Source of the DNA: Escherichia phage BME3
Direction: 5' to 3' (one strand)
Length of the DNA stretch: 64,000 bases
Sequence record: PP239276.1
Part shown: one piece after another, positions 8,329 to 16,080 of the stretch
Layout of the letters: each line of letters starts with the position of its first letter
Numbering within the stretch: the first letter of the stretch is position 1
Program-made: the position numbers and the translations under genes
Notes under the pieces: generated by a model
Database searches by the model: none
Seen by the model: only the letters and a program-made list of their open reading frames with translations
What the model was told of the DNA's origin: nothing

Positions 8329-8511
8329 TTATTTTTTGGAAAGTTTACGCATTAATTCTACGCTTTCTTGTGAACGTTTCGCTACCTGGCAAGCTGCATG
8401 GGTAGTGAACATTTTTGTATAGTCTGACGGTTTGCCACCGAACTTAGCGGCACGTTCACGGGCACTTGGAACTAATACTATTTCTTTCTTACAGATAGTG
8501 CATTTAGCCAT
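8329..8511 (-). CDS. hypothetical small protein (60 aa)
   Basis: ORF track. Confidence 0.5.
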   Translation of the reverse strand: MAKCTICKKEIVLVPSARERAAKFGGKPSDYTKMFTTHAACQVAKRSQESVELMRKLSKK

Positions 8512-8530
8512 TTTTATTTCTCTCTTTGTT

Positions 8531-8593
8531 AGGAGGGGAAACCGTTCCCCGTCCTGATGTGATACAGTTTACTCTTTTTATTCGTGCTGTCAA
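8531..8593 (-). promoter_or_regulatory. early promoter plus leader hairpin module
   Basis: TTGACA (8588-8593), TAAACT; hairpin ggggaaaccgttcccc. Confidence 0.55.
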
Positions 8594-8599
8594 TACTTT

Positions 8600-8965
8600 T
8601 TATAAATCTTTTTTACGTTTTACATCGCTTGCATGACTGTATACAGTGATCCCATTGTCACGGCAAAAACGGGAAAGATAAGCATAATTTGAAAACTCTT
8701 TACCTTCCAGGTTGATAACCTTGCTAAACTCTTCCAGGGCGACGGTATCAAAATGATCACCATAACCATATTGAAACGGAACGTTAACGACTTCAATCAG
8801 TTTACCGCCGATCTCAACGTCAACCATCAAAGAGAAATAAGTATTACCATAAGACTTTTGAAACCAGCGACGGGCGCTAATATGTACCGCTTCAATGCTG
8901 GATAGTTCAATTTTAGCAGTGTTAGCCAGGGTAGCATAAGCAGAAACATTGATATTTTTAGCCAT
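8600..8965 (-). CDS. hypothetical early protein (121 aa)
   Basis: ORF track. Confidence 0.6.
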   Translation of the reverse strand: MAKNINVSAYATLANTAKIELSSIEAVHISARRWFQKSYGNTYFSLMVDVEIGGKLIEVVNVPFQYGYGDHFDTVALEEFSKVINLEGKEFSNYAYLSRFCRDNGITVYSHASDVKRKKDL

Positions 8966-9012
8966 AGTCTTTAATCTCTTTTGATTAGTTAGGAGTATTC
9001 CCGATAAAAGTT

Positions 9013-9041
9013 ATTATGCTTGTACTATCGTTCGTTGTCAA
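9013..9041 (-). promoter_or_regulatory. sigma70-like early promoter (TTGACA-17-CATAAT)
   Basis: -35 at 9036-9041, -10 at 9013-9018. Confidence 0.45.
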
Positions 9042-9060
9042 TAGCACAAGACTAAAACTT

Positions 9061-9240
9061 TTAACGATAATCATCATATGCTTTATTGACCTGGCGAATA
9101 TAGCTTTCAAAAGCTAGATCAATAGATTTATATTCACGGATATAATCACCATAGGAAACCACATACATTTCTATAGCTTCCTCATATGCCAGGATGATAG
9201 AATCTAAACCTACGATCTCAGTCTTTGCAATAATAGCCAT
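9061..9240 (-). CDS. possible 59-aa protein
   Basis: Hand-translated (MAIIAKTEIVGLDSIILAYEE...); RBS aaggaa; TTGACA-16-TATAAT promoter at about 9268-9295. Confidence 0.4.
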   Translation of the reverse strand: MAIIAKTEIVGLDSIILAYEEAIEMYVVSYGDYIREYKSIDLAFESYIRQVNKAYDDYR

Positions 9241-9387
9241 GCTTTTATTCCTTAGTAATGTTTCAATCTATATAAGCATTATAGCTTACTGATTTCAGGT
9301 GTCAAGTGATTTTTTATTTCACTTTATGGGGGCGTTGCCCCGCTCTATGTGGTATATATTACGGGGCTTGTTTGCATATGTCAAGCC

Positions 9388-9942
9388 TTACACAATGCAA
9401 TTTTCATAATTTTCTAAGGCTTGTCTTTTTTCCTCTTCCGTTGGCATGTATGGCTGGATCTCTTCCTCTTCCAGGGTAGACATGATTTCTTCCTCTTCCT
9501 CCTGGTCGCCCTGGTCTTCCTCTTGCGCTATGGTAACAAGTTTATTGATCTTCTCCTGGGCTTTAATCAATTTTGCATCTAGCACCATTTTAGCGGTGTT
9601 GTATACCGTCCATGCCATGCGCTTTTCTTCGTATGCCTTATCTAGTGCGGCTAATTTAGCGGGATACTCTTCCAACACCTTAAAAGCCGGATCAATGCTG
9701 TATAAGGGATTATTTTTAGCGTCATCGCTTGGATCTGCGGCGCTTGCAATGTCAGCGTTACCATTCGCCAGCCATCCAGGGCGAACGGATCGTGTCCTGG
9801 TGTTGCCGTTGCTCTTTGCCGCTCGATTTCCTATCTGCTCCCCGCTATACCCTACCATGTGATCGATCATGTCATCTGGTATTATGCGCGGATCATTAGC
9901 ATCATGCTTTACCCAGGACTGGATCACATATTCACGCCCCAT
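9388..9942 (-). CDS. hypothetical early protein with poly-acidic C-terminal region (184 aa)
   Basis: ORF track; EEDQGDQEEEEEIMSTLEEEE stretch. Confidence 0.6.
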   Translation of the reverse strand: MGREYVIQSWVKHDANDPRIIPDDMIDHMVGYSGEQIGNRAAKSNGNTRTRSVRPGWLANGNADIASAADPSDDAKNNPLYSIDPAFKVLEEYPAKLAALDKAYEEKRMAWTVYNTAKMVLDAKLIKAQEKINKLVTIAQEEDQGDQEEEEEIMSTLEEEEIQPYMPTEEEKRQALENYENCIV

Positions 9943-9943
9943 G

Positions 9944-10204
9944 TTAGTTCGCCTCTTCTGTTAGTAGTTTACATACCTTAAACATGCTTGCCGCGTCTTT
10001 TGACGGTAGCCAGCCTATGCGATACACTCCAGGGCCTGGGTTAGTTATATCCGTTAATTGAGCGTTACGATGATTAAAGATAGTGTAACCGCCGCCAGCA
10101 CGGGGATAAACATTATCTTTAAACCTGATAGCGTATCTCGCCAGGTCGAACGTTGTAGCATGTTCAAAAGCGATCACATTATCAAAAACTTTTAGAAAAA
10201 ACAA
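9944..10204 (-). CDS. hypothetical early protein (86 aa, TTG start)
   Basis: ORF track; start codon reads TTG with strong RBS ggagga 5 nt upstream. Confidence 0.5.
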   Translation of the reverse strand: MFFLKVFDNVIAFEHATTFDLARYAIRFKDNVYPRAGGGYTIFNHRNAQLTDITNPGPGVYRIGWLPSKDAASMFKVCKLLTEEAN

Positions 10205-10221
10205 GATTATCCTCCCCAGCG

Positions 10222-10353
10222 TTTAAAGCCCGTTGCACGGTTGTTTTTTAGCTCTCGTTTTAGTCTCTTGCAACGGTTTACAAGTGCAAACCGTGCCGGA
10301 GTCGTAACAGTAGCGCCGTTTTTGGTATGAATACTCATTACATATTGTTTCAT
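10222..10353 (-). CDS. possible 43-aa basic Cys-rich peptide
   Basis: Hand-translated (MKQYVMSIHTKKRRYCYDSGTVCTCKPLQETKTRAKKQPCNGL); follows module 10372-10425. Confidence 0.3.
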
Positions 10354-10371
10354 AAAGTTTTATCCTATGTA

Positions 10372-10425
10372 AGCGGGAACTATTCCCGCTTTAAGATAGC
10401 TTATCAGGTTTTAGTGCAATGTCAA
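10372..10425 (-). promoter_or_regulatory. early promoter plus leader hairpin module
   Basis: TTGACA (10420-10425), 16 nt, TAAGCT; hairpin agcgggaa-ctat-tcccgct. Confidence 0.5.
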
Positions 10426-10431
10426 CCGTTT

Positions 10432-10794
10432 TTATTCGTAAATTTTACCGCTTTCTACCCATACCATAACACGGCGCATGTTATCCCATGCATCTTGTCG
10501 CAGATTTAAGGCATGCAATTCTTCCGTGGTGCTCATGCCTGGCACGGGCTTGCTATATGTTACAAAAAGATCGCCAGCATATTCATAAGCCAGAGTAAGA
10601 TCACATTGAATCATCTTTTTAATCATAGCATTAAGCATCATATTAGCGGCATGTTGATCACGTTTTAGCGGTAGCGTTGCGATCTGTGAGCGATAGCTTT
10701 CGATACGTGCATCCACTGCATCACGCGAAAGATTTTTCACGTCATCGCGGAAAGATACCAGGTTAAACATTATAGTATTGATTTGCTTGCTCAT
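10432..10794 (-). CDS. hypothetical early protein (120 aa)
   Basis: ORF track. Confidence 0.6.
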   Translation of the reverse strand: MSKQINTIMFNLVSFRDDVKNLSRDAVDARIESYRSQIATLPLKRDQHAANMMLNAMIKKMIQCDLTLAYEYAGDLFVTYSKPVPGMSTTEELHALNLRQDAWDNMRRVMVWVESGKIYE

Positions 10795-10817
10795 TGTGTT
10801 ACCCTTTCTTTGATTTG

Positions 10818-10876
10818 GCGGGAAACCATTTCCCGCCTTATGTGGTATATATTACTAAATTATTTTTCAGTGTCAA
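10818..10876 (-). promoter_or_regulatory. early promoter plus leader hairpin module
   Basis: TTGACA (10871-10876); box ataccacataagg; hairpin ggcgggaaaccatttcccgcc (10818-10838). Confidence 0.6.
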
Positions 10877-10879
10877 GTC

Positions 10880-11152
10880 TTAAAGCAAAAACGCTACATC
10901 TTTCGCTTTTAGTGTAGTGTCAATCATGTTCGGGCTTTTATAATCCACAAAGCGCGCGGTTTTTTCAATAGCGAAACCGAGATAATCTTGCTTATTGAAG
11001 TTACATTCTTTTTTAAATGTTTCCCGTGCCACTGTGATCGCTGCGTCCAGGGATAAACGCCCGTCAATGTTGATGTTAGCGAAAGATCCGCCACCGCGCA
11101 TAGGTTTACCAGTGATACCCATTACGATCATTGATGCGCTATATGATGCCAT
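10880..11152 (-). CDS. hypothetical early protein (90 aa)
   Basis: ORF track. Confidence 0.6.
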   Translation of the reverse strand: MASYSASMIVMGITGKPMRGGGSFANINIDGRLSLDAAITVARETFKKECNFNKQDYLGFAIEKTARFVDYKSPNMIDTTLKAKDVAFLL

Positions 11153-11174
11153 GATTATTTCTCTCTTCTGTTAT

Positions 11175-11236
11175 GAGCGGCACTATTGCCGCCCCTCGAC
11201 AAGATGAATACTACGCTACCAGGTGAGGAACGTCAA
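11175..11236 (-). promoter_or_regulatory. outermost early promoter plus leader hairpin
   Basis: TTGACG (11231-11236), 17 nt, TAGTAT (11208-11213), hairpin gagcggcactattgccgccc. Confidence 0.55.
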
Positions 11237-11271
11237 CCATTTTTTTAATCTTTTTTTCATTTCTTTTTTGC

Positions 11272-11300
11272 TTGCTATCTATAAAGGAAACGGCTATTAT
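11272..11300 (+). promoter_or_regulatory. divergent sigma70-like promoter (TTGCTA-17-TATTAT)
   Basis: -35 at 11272-11277, -10 at 11295-11300, upstream of ATG 11348. Confidence 0.45.
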
Positions 11301-11347
11301 CTTTCTACCGCGCCAACCAGGGCGCACATCAAAGAAAGGGCGATACC

Positions 11348-11614
11348 ATGACAAATACTCCTTTACATCTCATGCACTCATTGGGCTGGCAAGGCGGCAC
11401 GGTGCACCAGGTAGCAAGCGCAACGGGCTTAAAGGTTGAAACCGTTCTCAACCTGGGCGATCATAAAGTGGAAGAGATAGAACATTTTGATCCGTTCGCT
11501 GATGGTTATCTATGGGCTTGCAGTGGCGGTGGGGAAAGCAAGATCCCACCAGGGGCGCGGGGCGACATGTATTTTTGGTTAGGTGTCCTATCCTGGCAAG
11601 AAAACAAAAAATAA
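11348..11614 (+). CDS. hypothetical protein (88 aa)
   Basis: ORF track; RBS aaagaaaggg. Confidence 0.55.
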   Translation: MTNTPLHLMHSLGWQGGTVHQVASATGLKVETVLNLGDHKVEEIEHFDPFADGYLWACSGGGESKIPPGARGDMYFWLGVLSWQENKK

Positions 11615-11616
11615 TC

Positions 11617-11645
11617 TTGACAAGCCCAGGGATCGGGCTTATACT
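11617..11645 (+). promoter_or_regulatory. strong sigma70-like promoter (TTGACA-17-TATACT) with no obvious downstream ORF
   Basis: -35 at 11617-11622, -10 at 11640-11645; spacer contains hairpin agccc-n7-gggct. Confidence 0.45.
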
Positions 11646-11875
11646 GTTTTACATACAGAAGAGGAAGCGCCACCCCCACGGCGTAAAGGCGGGGCTAACA
11701 TACCAGGGGGCACTGGTTGGAAGGTTGATCGCCGGTAGCTCGTCTAAAATAAATTTGTAAAGAAATGTAAAGATAAAAATAATCGCTTGCTTTTGTTGTT
11801 GGTTATGCTATTCTTATTGTATGGCGAGGGGACACGGGAGCGCGAGACAAACACCACCCCTGCGCGTTATTCTCT

Positions 11876-11990
11876 AAATGAGAAAAATTCTCATTTGCTA
11901 ATGATTCTCATTCTCTTAGTGAGAATGATTATCACTTACATAATTAAATGATAATGATTCTCATTTACAAATGAGAATGATTATCATCCG
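11876..11990. repeat. Array of Fur-box-like palindromes
   Basis: aatgagaa/ttctcatt, tcattctc-ttagt-gagaatga, tctcattt-aca-aaatgaga; gagaatgattatca core recurs. Confidence 0.5.
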
Positions 11991-12010
11991 CACACCCATA
12001 AAAACACGAA

Positions 12011-12225
12011 ATTGAACTTTTCATTTTTGATTTTTCTACGGAAAAAGGCAAAAAAACTTTAAATAAACTGGGGAATTTTTTAAAAATTGAAGTTTTCATT
12101 TTCAAAATCTGGATAGAAATACATACAAAAACTTTAAATAATTTTGACCAAACTTGAACTTTTCATTTTCAAAATTTGTATCCAAAAATCTGTAAAAACT
12201 TTAAATAATTTTGTCCTTTTTATAA
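12011..12225. repeat. Three imperfect tandem repeats of about 68-75 bp
   Basis: Units start near 12011, 12086, 12153; each has ttgaacttttcattttcaaaat and aaaactttaaataa. Confidence 0.6.
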
Positions 12226-12427
12226 AAATGATTTTACTGTTCTGTTATAAATAGTAGTTAAGAGATAGTATGCCTTTTAAAAACCAGATATCATAATCCA
12301 ACAAACAAATTAAATAATTTATTAACAGAGTACAAAATAATATTTACTCTGAATATATTATTCAGAGGGTGAATTTCCGTACATGAAACCCACACCCCTT
12401 TTTATAAAAATAAAAATTTTCAAAATA

Positions 12428-12979
12428 TCAGGAAATATCAGATTGTGCTTTTAGATAAACAGCAAGGTCTGTATGCCATTTTCCTAAAAGATTTTGTCCT
12501 TTCCAACAGTCCTTATTTTCCACGTCACGATCCCACATCCCCATTTTGATACCATAAATAGAATCATAAGGGCTTGCCTCTACGAACTCCTTATCTGCGT
12601 AGGTTATAAGTTTATTTTTGAGATCTTCATTTTGTGTGTATTTAAGATACAAACCACGTTTGACAATCTTCTCCCGTAAAGAAGTCCAGGTATCTTCATC
12701 ATAATCTTTAACTAATCTGCCTAGTCGCTTATAATATGCTTGTTCTTTTTCTCCTGTATATCTTAGATCTCCGGTTAAAATAGAAGATGCAATACTGTAA
12801 TCATAAAACAAACATGCTTTTCTCCACATCATATATTGTTCCACACAAGTAAATTCAACAGAACTTGTAATAGAATTATTATACTTGGGTGCTAAAGGTT
12901 CAATAAAAGATGATAGATACCAGTTGCTAAATTCATCTTTTGCTGAAAAGAAGAACACATACTTATCAGTAATCCGCAT
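12428..12979 (-). CDS. NADAR-domain (YbiA-like) protein
   Basis: FFFSAKDEFSNWY, CVEQYMMWRKA and GMWD motifs fit NADAR pattern; TAA-ATG coupling to upstream gene. Confidence 0.6.
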   Translation of the reverse strand: MRITDKYVFFFSAKDEFSNWYLSSFIEPLAPKYNNSITSSVEFTCVEQYMMWRKACLFYDYSIASSILTGDLRYTGEKEQAYYKRLGRLVKDYDEDTWTSLREKIVKRGLYLKYTQNEDLKNKLITYADKEFVEASPYDSIYGIKMGMWDRDVENKDCWKGQNLLGKWHTDLAVYLKAQSDIS

Positions 12980-13969
12980 TTACATCTCCTTACTGTATAC
13001 TAATTTGCCACCATATTGTGTAATAATTTTTTGAAGATTTTCCAAATCAGAAACACTTACTGTTTCTGTATAACCGTCTTTCAACTCTCTTTCCGTTAAA
13101 ATACCAGTTTTTAATTTTTTCTTTATAGCTCTTTCAGCAGCCTTACATTGTTTTACTGTGCTAAAATCATATAAACAAATACGCTCCATAGGAAACATAT
13201 TACGGCTATTTTGAATTTTTAATCGTCTATCACTATCTTTAGCTATACCAAACTTAAGAGCAACTATAATATTATCATCCTTAACAATATTAATATATAA
13301 CTGCTGCTGACTATGACCAGCACACATAGGACAACCTCGACCGAGGCTTAATAAATTATGAGCACTCCCTATCTGCTCACCATGCACAAGACAAAGATAT
13401 TTAAACTTACCTATAGAAGAGGGTTTGGTAATCCAATCTACCCAGACATACCCTTTCCCTTCTACTTCCTTTTTTACCCTATAGGTGATCTGGTCTTCTG
13501 TATACCGATAGTTCCCACAACGACACGGAATATACCCTCGTTTAAGGTTATCTCCTTCAGAGTAAAATTTACCATCACAAACACCTGCTTGAACATATTC
13601 ATCATGAGAGCAAACAGGACATTCAACCATCCAGATAATATTCCTACATCCTTTACCCCGTGTTCCTGTGTTAGTGAAGATAGTGCCTTCCTTAAATTCC
13701 CCTGTAGAAAAGAAATCTGCAATATGTTGATCGTCGGACATTGTTTGTGACTTCCTTATATTCTTCCTCCTACATTGTGGACAACCGCTACCACATTTAA
13801 AACTGTTAATACTTGTAGTATCCCATTTATAACCACAATGGCACAACAAATCAAGTTTTGTGTGGACCCCTTTCCATTGTCCCGTCCATCCTAAGATTTG
13901 GATTTGCTTACTCTCTGCTATTGGTATACACTCTTCTTTATATTGTTCCCATGATTTTGGTGCTGCCAT
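12980..13969 (-). CDS. Zn-ribbon-rich protein, possible GIY-YIG-superfamily nuclease-like C-terminus
   Basis: CxxC pairs (GCPQC, CPVC, GCPMC); C-terminal LYINIV...FGIAKDSDRRLKI; RBS aagaggag; function low confidence. Confidence 0.55.
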   Translation of the reverse strand: MAAPKSWEQYKEECIPIAESKQIQILGWTGQWKGVHTKLDLLCHCGYKWDTTSINSFKCGSGCPQCRRKNIRKSQTMSDDQHIADFFSTGEFKEGTIFTNTGTRGKGCRNIIWMVECPVCSHDEYVQAGVCDGKFYSEGDNLKRGYIPCRCGNYRYTEDQITYRVKKEVEGKGYVWVDWITKPSSIGKFKYLCLVHGEQIGSAHNLLSLGRGCPMCAGHSQQQLYINIVKDDNIIVALKFGIAKDSDRRLKIQNSRNMFPMERICLYDFSTVKQCKAAERAIKKKLKTGILTERELKDGYTETVSVSDLENLQKIITQYGGKLVYSKEM

Positions 13970-14006
13970 CTACTACTCCTCTTATTAAATCTGGCATTAA
14001 TGCAAG

Positions 14007-14029
14007 AAAACCCGCCGAAGCGGGTTTTT
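14007..14029. terminator. bidirectional terminator aaaacccgc-cgaa-gcgggtttt
   Basis: Perfect GC stem flanked by A- and T-tracts; follows stop of 14044..15171 (-). Confidence 0.6.
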
Positions 14030-14043
14030 ATTTGCTGGCTTAC

Positions 14044-15171
14044 TTAAAACACACTTGCCAAAGTTGCACCATTGGTGATAGTTGGTTCCAGAACAATACG
14101 GAAAGAATCTTCTGGATCATCACTAAACACAACGATTTTACCGCCTGTGATAAGATCTGCTTTCATTTTTGTCGCATTCAATGGAATTCGAGCATCGCCT
14201 TCATCATCAAAAACCACGTAAGAGCTATTAGCAAGGGCTTCTTTAGAGTCTGCATCACTTGGAGATGACAAGTACACGTCTAGTGTGCACGAACCACCTA
14301 AAAAGATTGCAGGTGTAAAGTTATGCCAACTAGATACCCAGCTAACTTTCTGAAGTTTTCCATTAATAACAACGCTGCTGATATCCCATTTATTACCACC
14401 ACCTAAAGAAACGCCCATCATAGAGATGCATTCTTTAAAGGATAAATCAGGGTAGAAATTAAGTTCTTCTACTATACCTTGGATCACATCAAAGGACAAC
14501 TCTAAACTTACATCCCAAAGTCTTTGGAAATTATCAAAGTGTGCTTTGTTATCCAGGTTTTTATCTAAATAGTCAATCATAGTTTCTAGTGAGATTTTAT
14601 CATAATTAAAATTATAAAACACACGACTAGGACGATTTAAAAAGAATTCAGAGATAAAACCACTGTTTTTAGTCAGAATAAACAGTTTATTACCACTGCC
14701 AGTACCATCTAACAAAGTGAGAAGTGCTTCTTGATCTTGTTTCTTCTCATACACTTTATCAAACTCGTCAAAAATAATCACTGCTTTGTCGGTGATCTTG
14801 CTAATAAGTTCAATGAAATTAGCATCGCTGTAGGCTTGAGTAACCATAATAGTTGGAATACCTTCTTCTACAAGGTCACGACTAATGAGTTTGGCTAACA
14901 TAGTTTTACCACTGCCCTTAGTTCCTGTCAGGAGCAAACCTGTATTTTTACCTTGTGCACTCCGGCGATGGAATGTACGAATAACGTGATTTGCTCGTTT
15001 TTCTGTTTCACCATACAGAACATCCGGTACACCTGTTAGATTACCACGGCTTAAAAAATAATTGCCAAGGGGATCACGACTAACAGTATAGAATCCAGGT
15101 GGAAGATAGTTAGATTCCACGCCCATATCTTTATTTACACTTACAATATCACCATAAATCGTGTATTTCAT
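14044..15171 (-). CDS. classic-clade AAA ATPase (paralog A)
   Basis: Walker A GTKGSGKT, Walker B IIFDEFDK, LLTLLDG, sensor-1-like FILTKN. Confidence 0.7.
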   Translation of the reverse strand: MKYTIYGDIVSVNKDMGVESNYLPPGFYTVSRDPLGNYFLSRGNLTGVPDVLYGETEKRANHVIRTFHRRSAQGKNTGLLLTGTKGSGKTMLAKLISRDLVEEGIPTIMVTQAYSDANFIELISKITDKAVIIFDEFDKVYEKKQDQEALLTLLDGTGSGNKLFILTKNSGFISEFFLNRPSRVFYNFNYDKISLETMIDYLDKNLDNKAHFDNFQRLWDVSLELSFDVIQGIVEELNFYPDLSFKECISMMGVSLGGGNKWDISSVVINGKLQKVSWVSSWHNFTPAIFLGGSCTLDVYLSSPSDADSKEALANSSYVVFDDEGDARIPLNATKMKADLITGGKIVVFSDDPEDSFRIVLEPTITNGATLASVF

Positions 15172-15182
15172 TTTAACCCCTT

Positions 15183-15620
15183 TTATCTTTGTTGAGATGA
15201 ACGAATTAAATCAGCAGCAAATTCAATCAGATACACTTTTGGTGCAATAATAATTTTTAGCCAATCGAAATTCGAAAAGAAAATAATAAATCCTAAAAGG
15301 AAAAAGAAAGCAGAGACAACAAGACCAACAATAGGTAAAGCAGATACTCCACCATAGCGATCTCGTGACCACAGGCATTCTTTATCTTTAATTGCTTTTA
15401 TGAGGTTCCGCACAGCAATAAAAGCAATAAACATAAAGCAAATACCAAAAAATTGCCATAAACCTGCGGATACTGCTTTCCACATTAATAATTGATGGAT
15501 TACTTCTGGAATTTGTTGTTTTCCAAACTCTACAACATCACTCATTGTTTGAATAGTGACGTTAACCATGTTCAGAAGTACATCCGTTGCTTTATCTGCG
15601 ATTGCGTTTGTTTTACTCAT
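15183..15620 (-). CDS. membrane protein (145 aa)
   Basis: ORF track; hydrophobic helices (WQFFGICFMFIAFIAV, ALPIVGLVVSAFFFLLGFIIFF). Confidence 0.6.
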   Translation of the reverse strand: MSKTNAIADKATDVLLNMVNVTIQTMSDVVEFGKQQIPEVIHQLLMWKAVSAGLWQFFGICFMFIAFIAVRNLIKAIKDKECLWSRDRYGGVSALPIVGLVVSAFFFLLGFIIFFSNFDWLKIIIAPKVYLIEFAADLIRSSQQR

Positions 15621-15634
15621 TCTTTATTCCTCAC

Positions 15635-15808
15635 TTACCTTTTAAGGAAACCAATCATAATGAAGAACCACATCCATGCAGGAGAGATAATAAAGCCAAA
15701 GAAACCGCAAATAACCGCTTTCTTAATCTCTTCCAGACAACCCACCAGGAAAAGAACGAGTGAGACTACAATCCAGATAGCCATAAACACTGTAACAAAG
15801 AAACTCAT
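15635..15808 (-). CDS. possible 57-aa membrane peptide
   Basis: Hand-translated (MSFFVTVFMAIWIVVSLVLFLVGC...); RBS gggagaaagg. Confidence 0.35.
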   Translation of the reverse strand: MSFFVTVFMAIWIVVSLVLFLVGCLEEIKKAVICGFFGFIISPAWMWFFIMIGFLKR

Positions 15809-15828
15809 ACCTTTCTCCCATCTGTATT

Positions 15829-16080
15829 TTAAAATTCAATCACCACTTTATCGAGGTGCTCTGCTTCAACTTGATCTAATGTTAACACCTCAACTAAACC
15901 CTTGTCAATACCTAATTTAATAACATCAACATATTGTCCAAACAGATCCTGGATAGATATCTTGTGTTCGACAACAACCACCACTTCATTCCCTTTTGTG
16001 AATTCTCTCCATACACGTCCACATTTGAAAATAAAGTCTGCTTCGTCTTCTGTTATCATTTTAGGTTTGATACTTAACAT
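15829..16080 (-). CDS. hypothetical protein (83 aa)
   Basis: ORF track. Confidence 0.55.
   Translation of the reverse strand: MLSIKPKMITEDEADFIFKCGRVWREFTKGNEVVVVVEHKISIQDLFGQYVDVIKLGIDKGLVEVLTLDQVEAEHLDKVVIEF

Noticed and set aside
9446-9862. Antisense ORFs inside well-supported genes (e.g. 1977..2330, 9446..9862, 13358..13750, 23051..23401, 54073..54636, 57126..57395)
   Set aside because: Each lies opposite or out of frame within a longer ORF with motifs or promoter/RBS support; Ser/Leu/Cys-rich low-complexity translations typical of shadow ORFs.
2740-10838. GC-rich hairpins as Rho-independent terminators
   Set aside because: They lie downstream of the -10 elements and upstream of the RBS on the coding strand and lack a following U-tract; separate hairpins with T-tracts exist at gene ends.
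11512-11760. ORF 11512..11760 (+), 82 aa
   Set aside because: Overlaps the 3' end of 11348..11614 in another frame, has no RBS and spans a promoter; more likely non-coding.
12011-12225. Possible CRISPR array
   Set aside because: Only three units; the intervening sequences also repeat (aaaactttaaataa), so this is a tandem repeat of a long unit, not repeat-spacer architecture; no cas genes.
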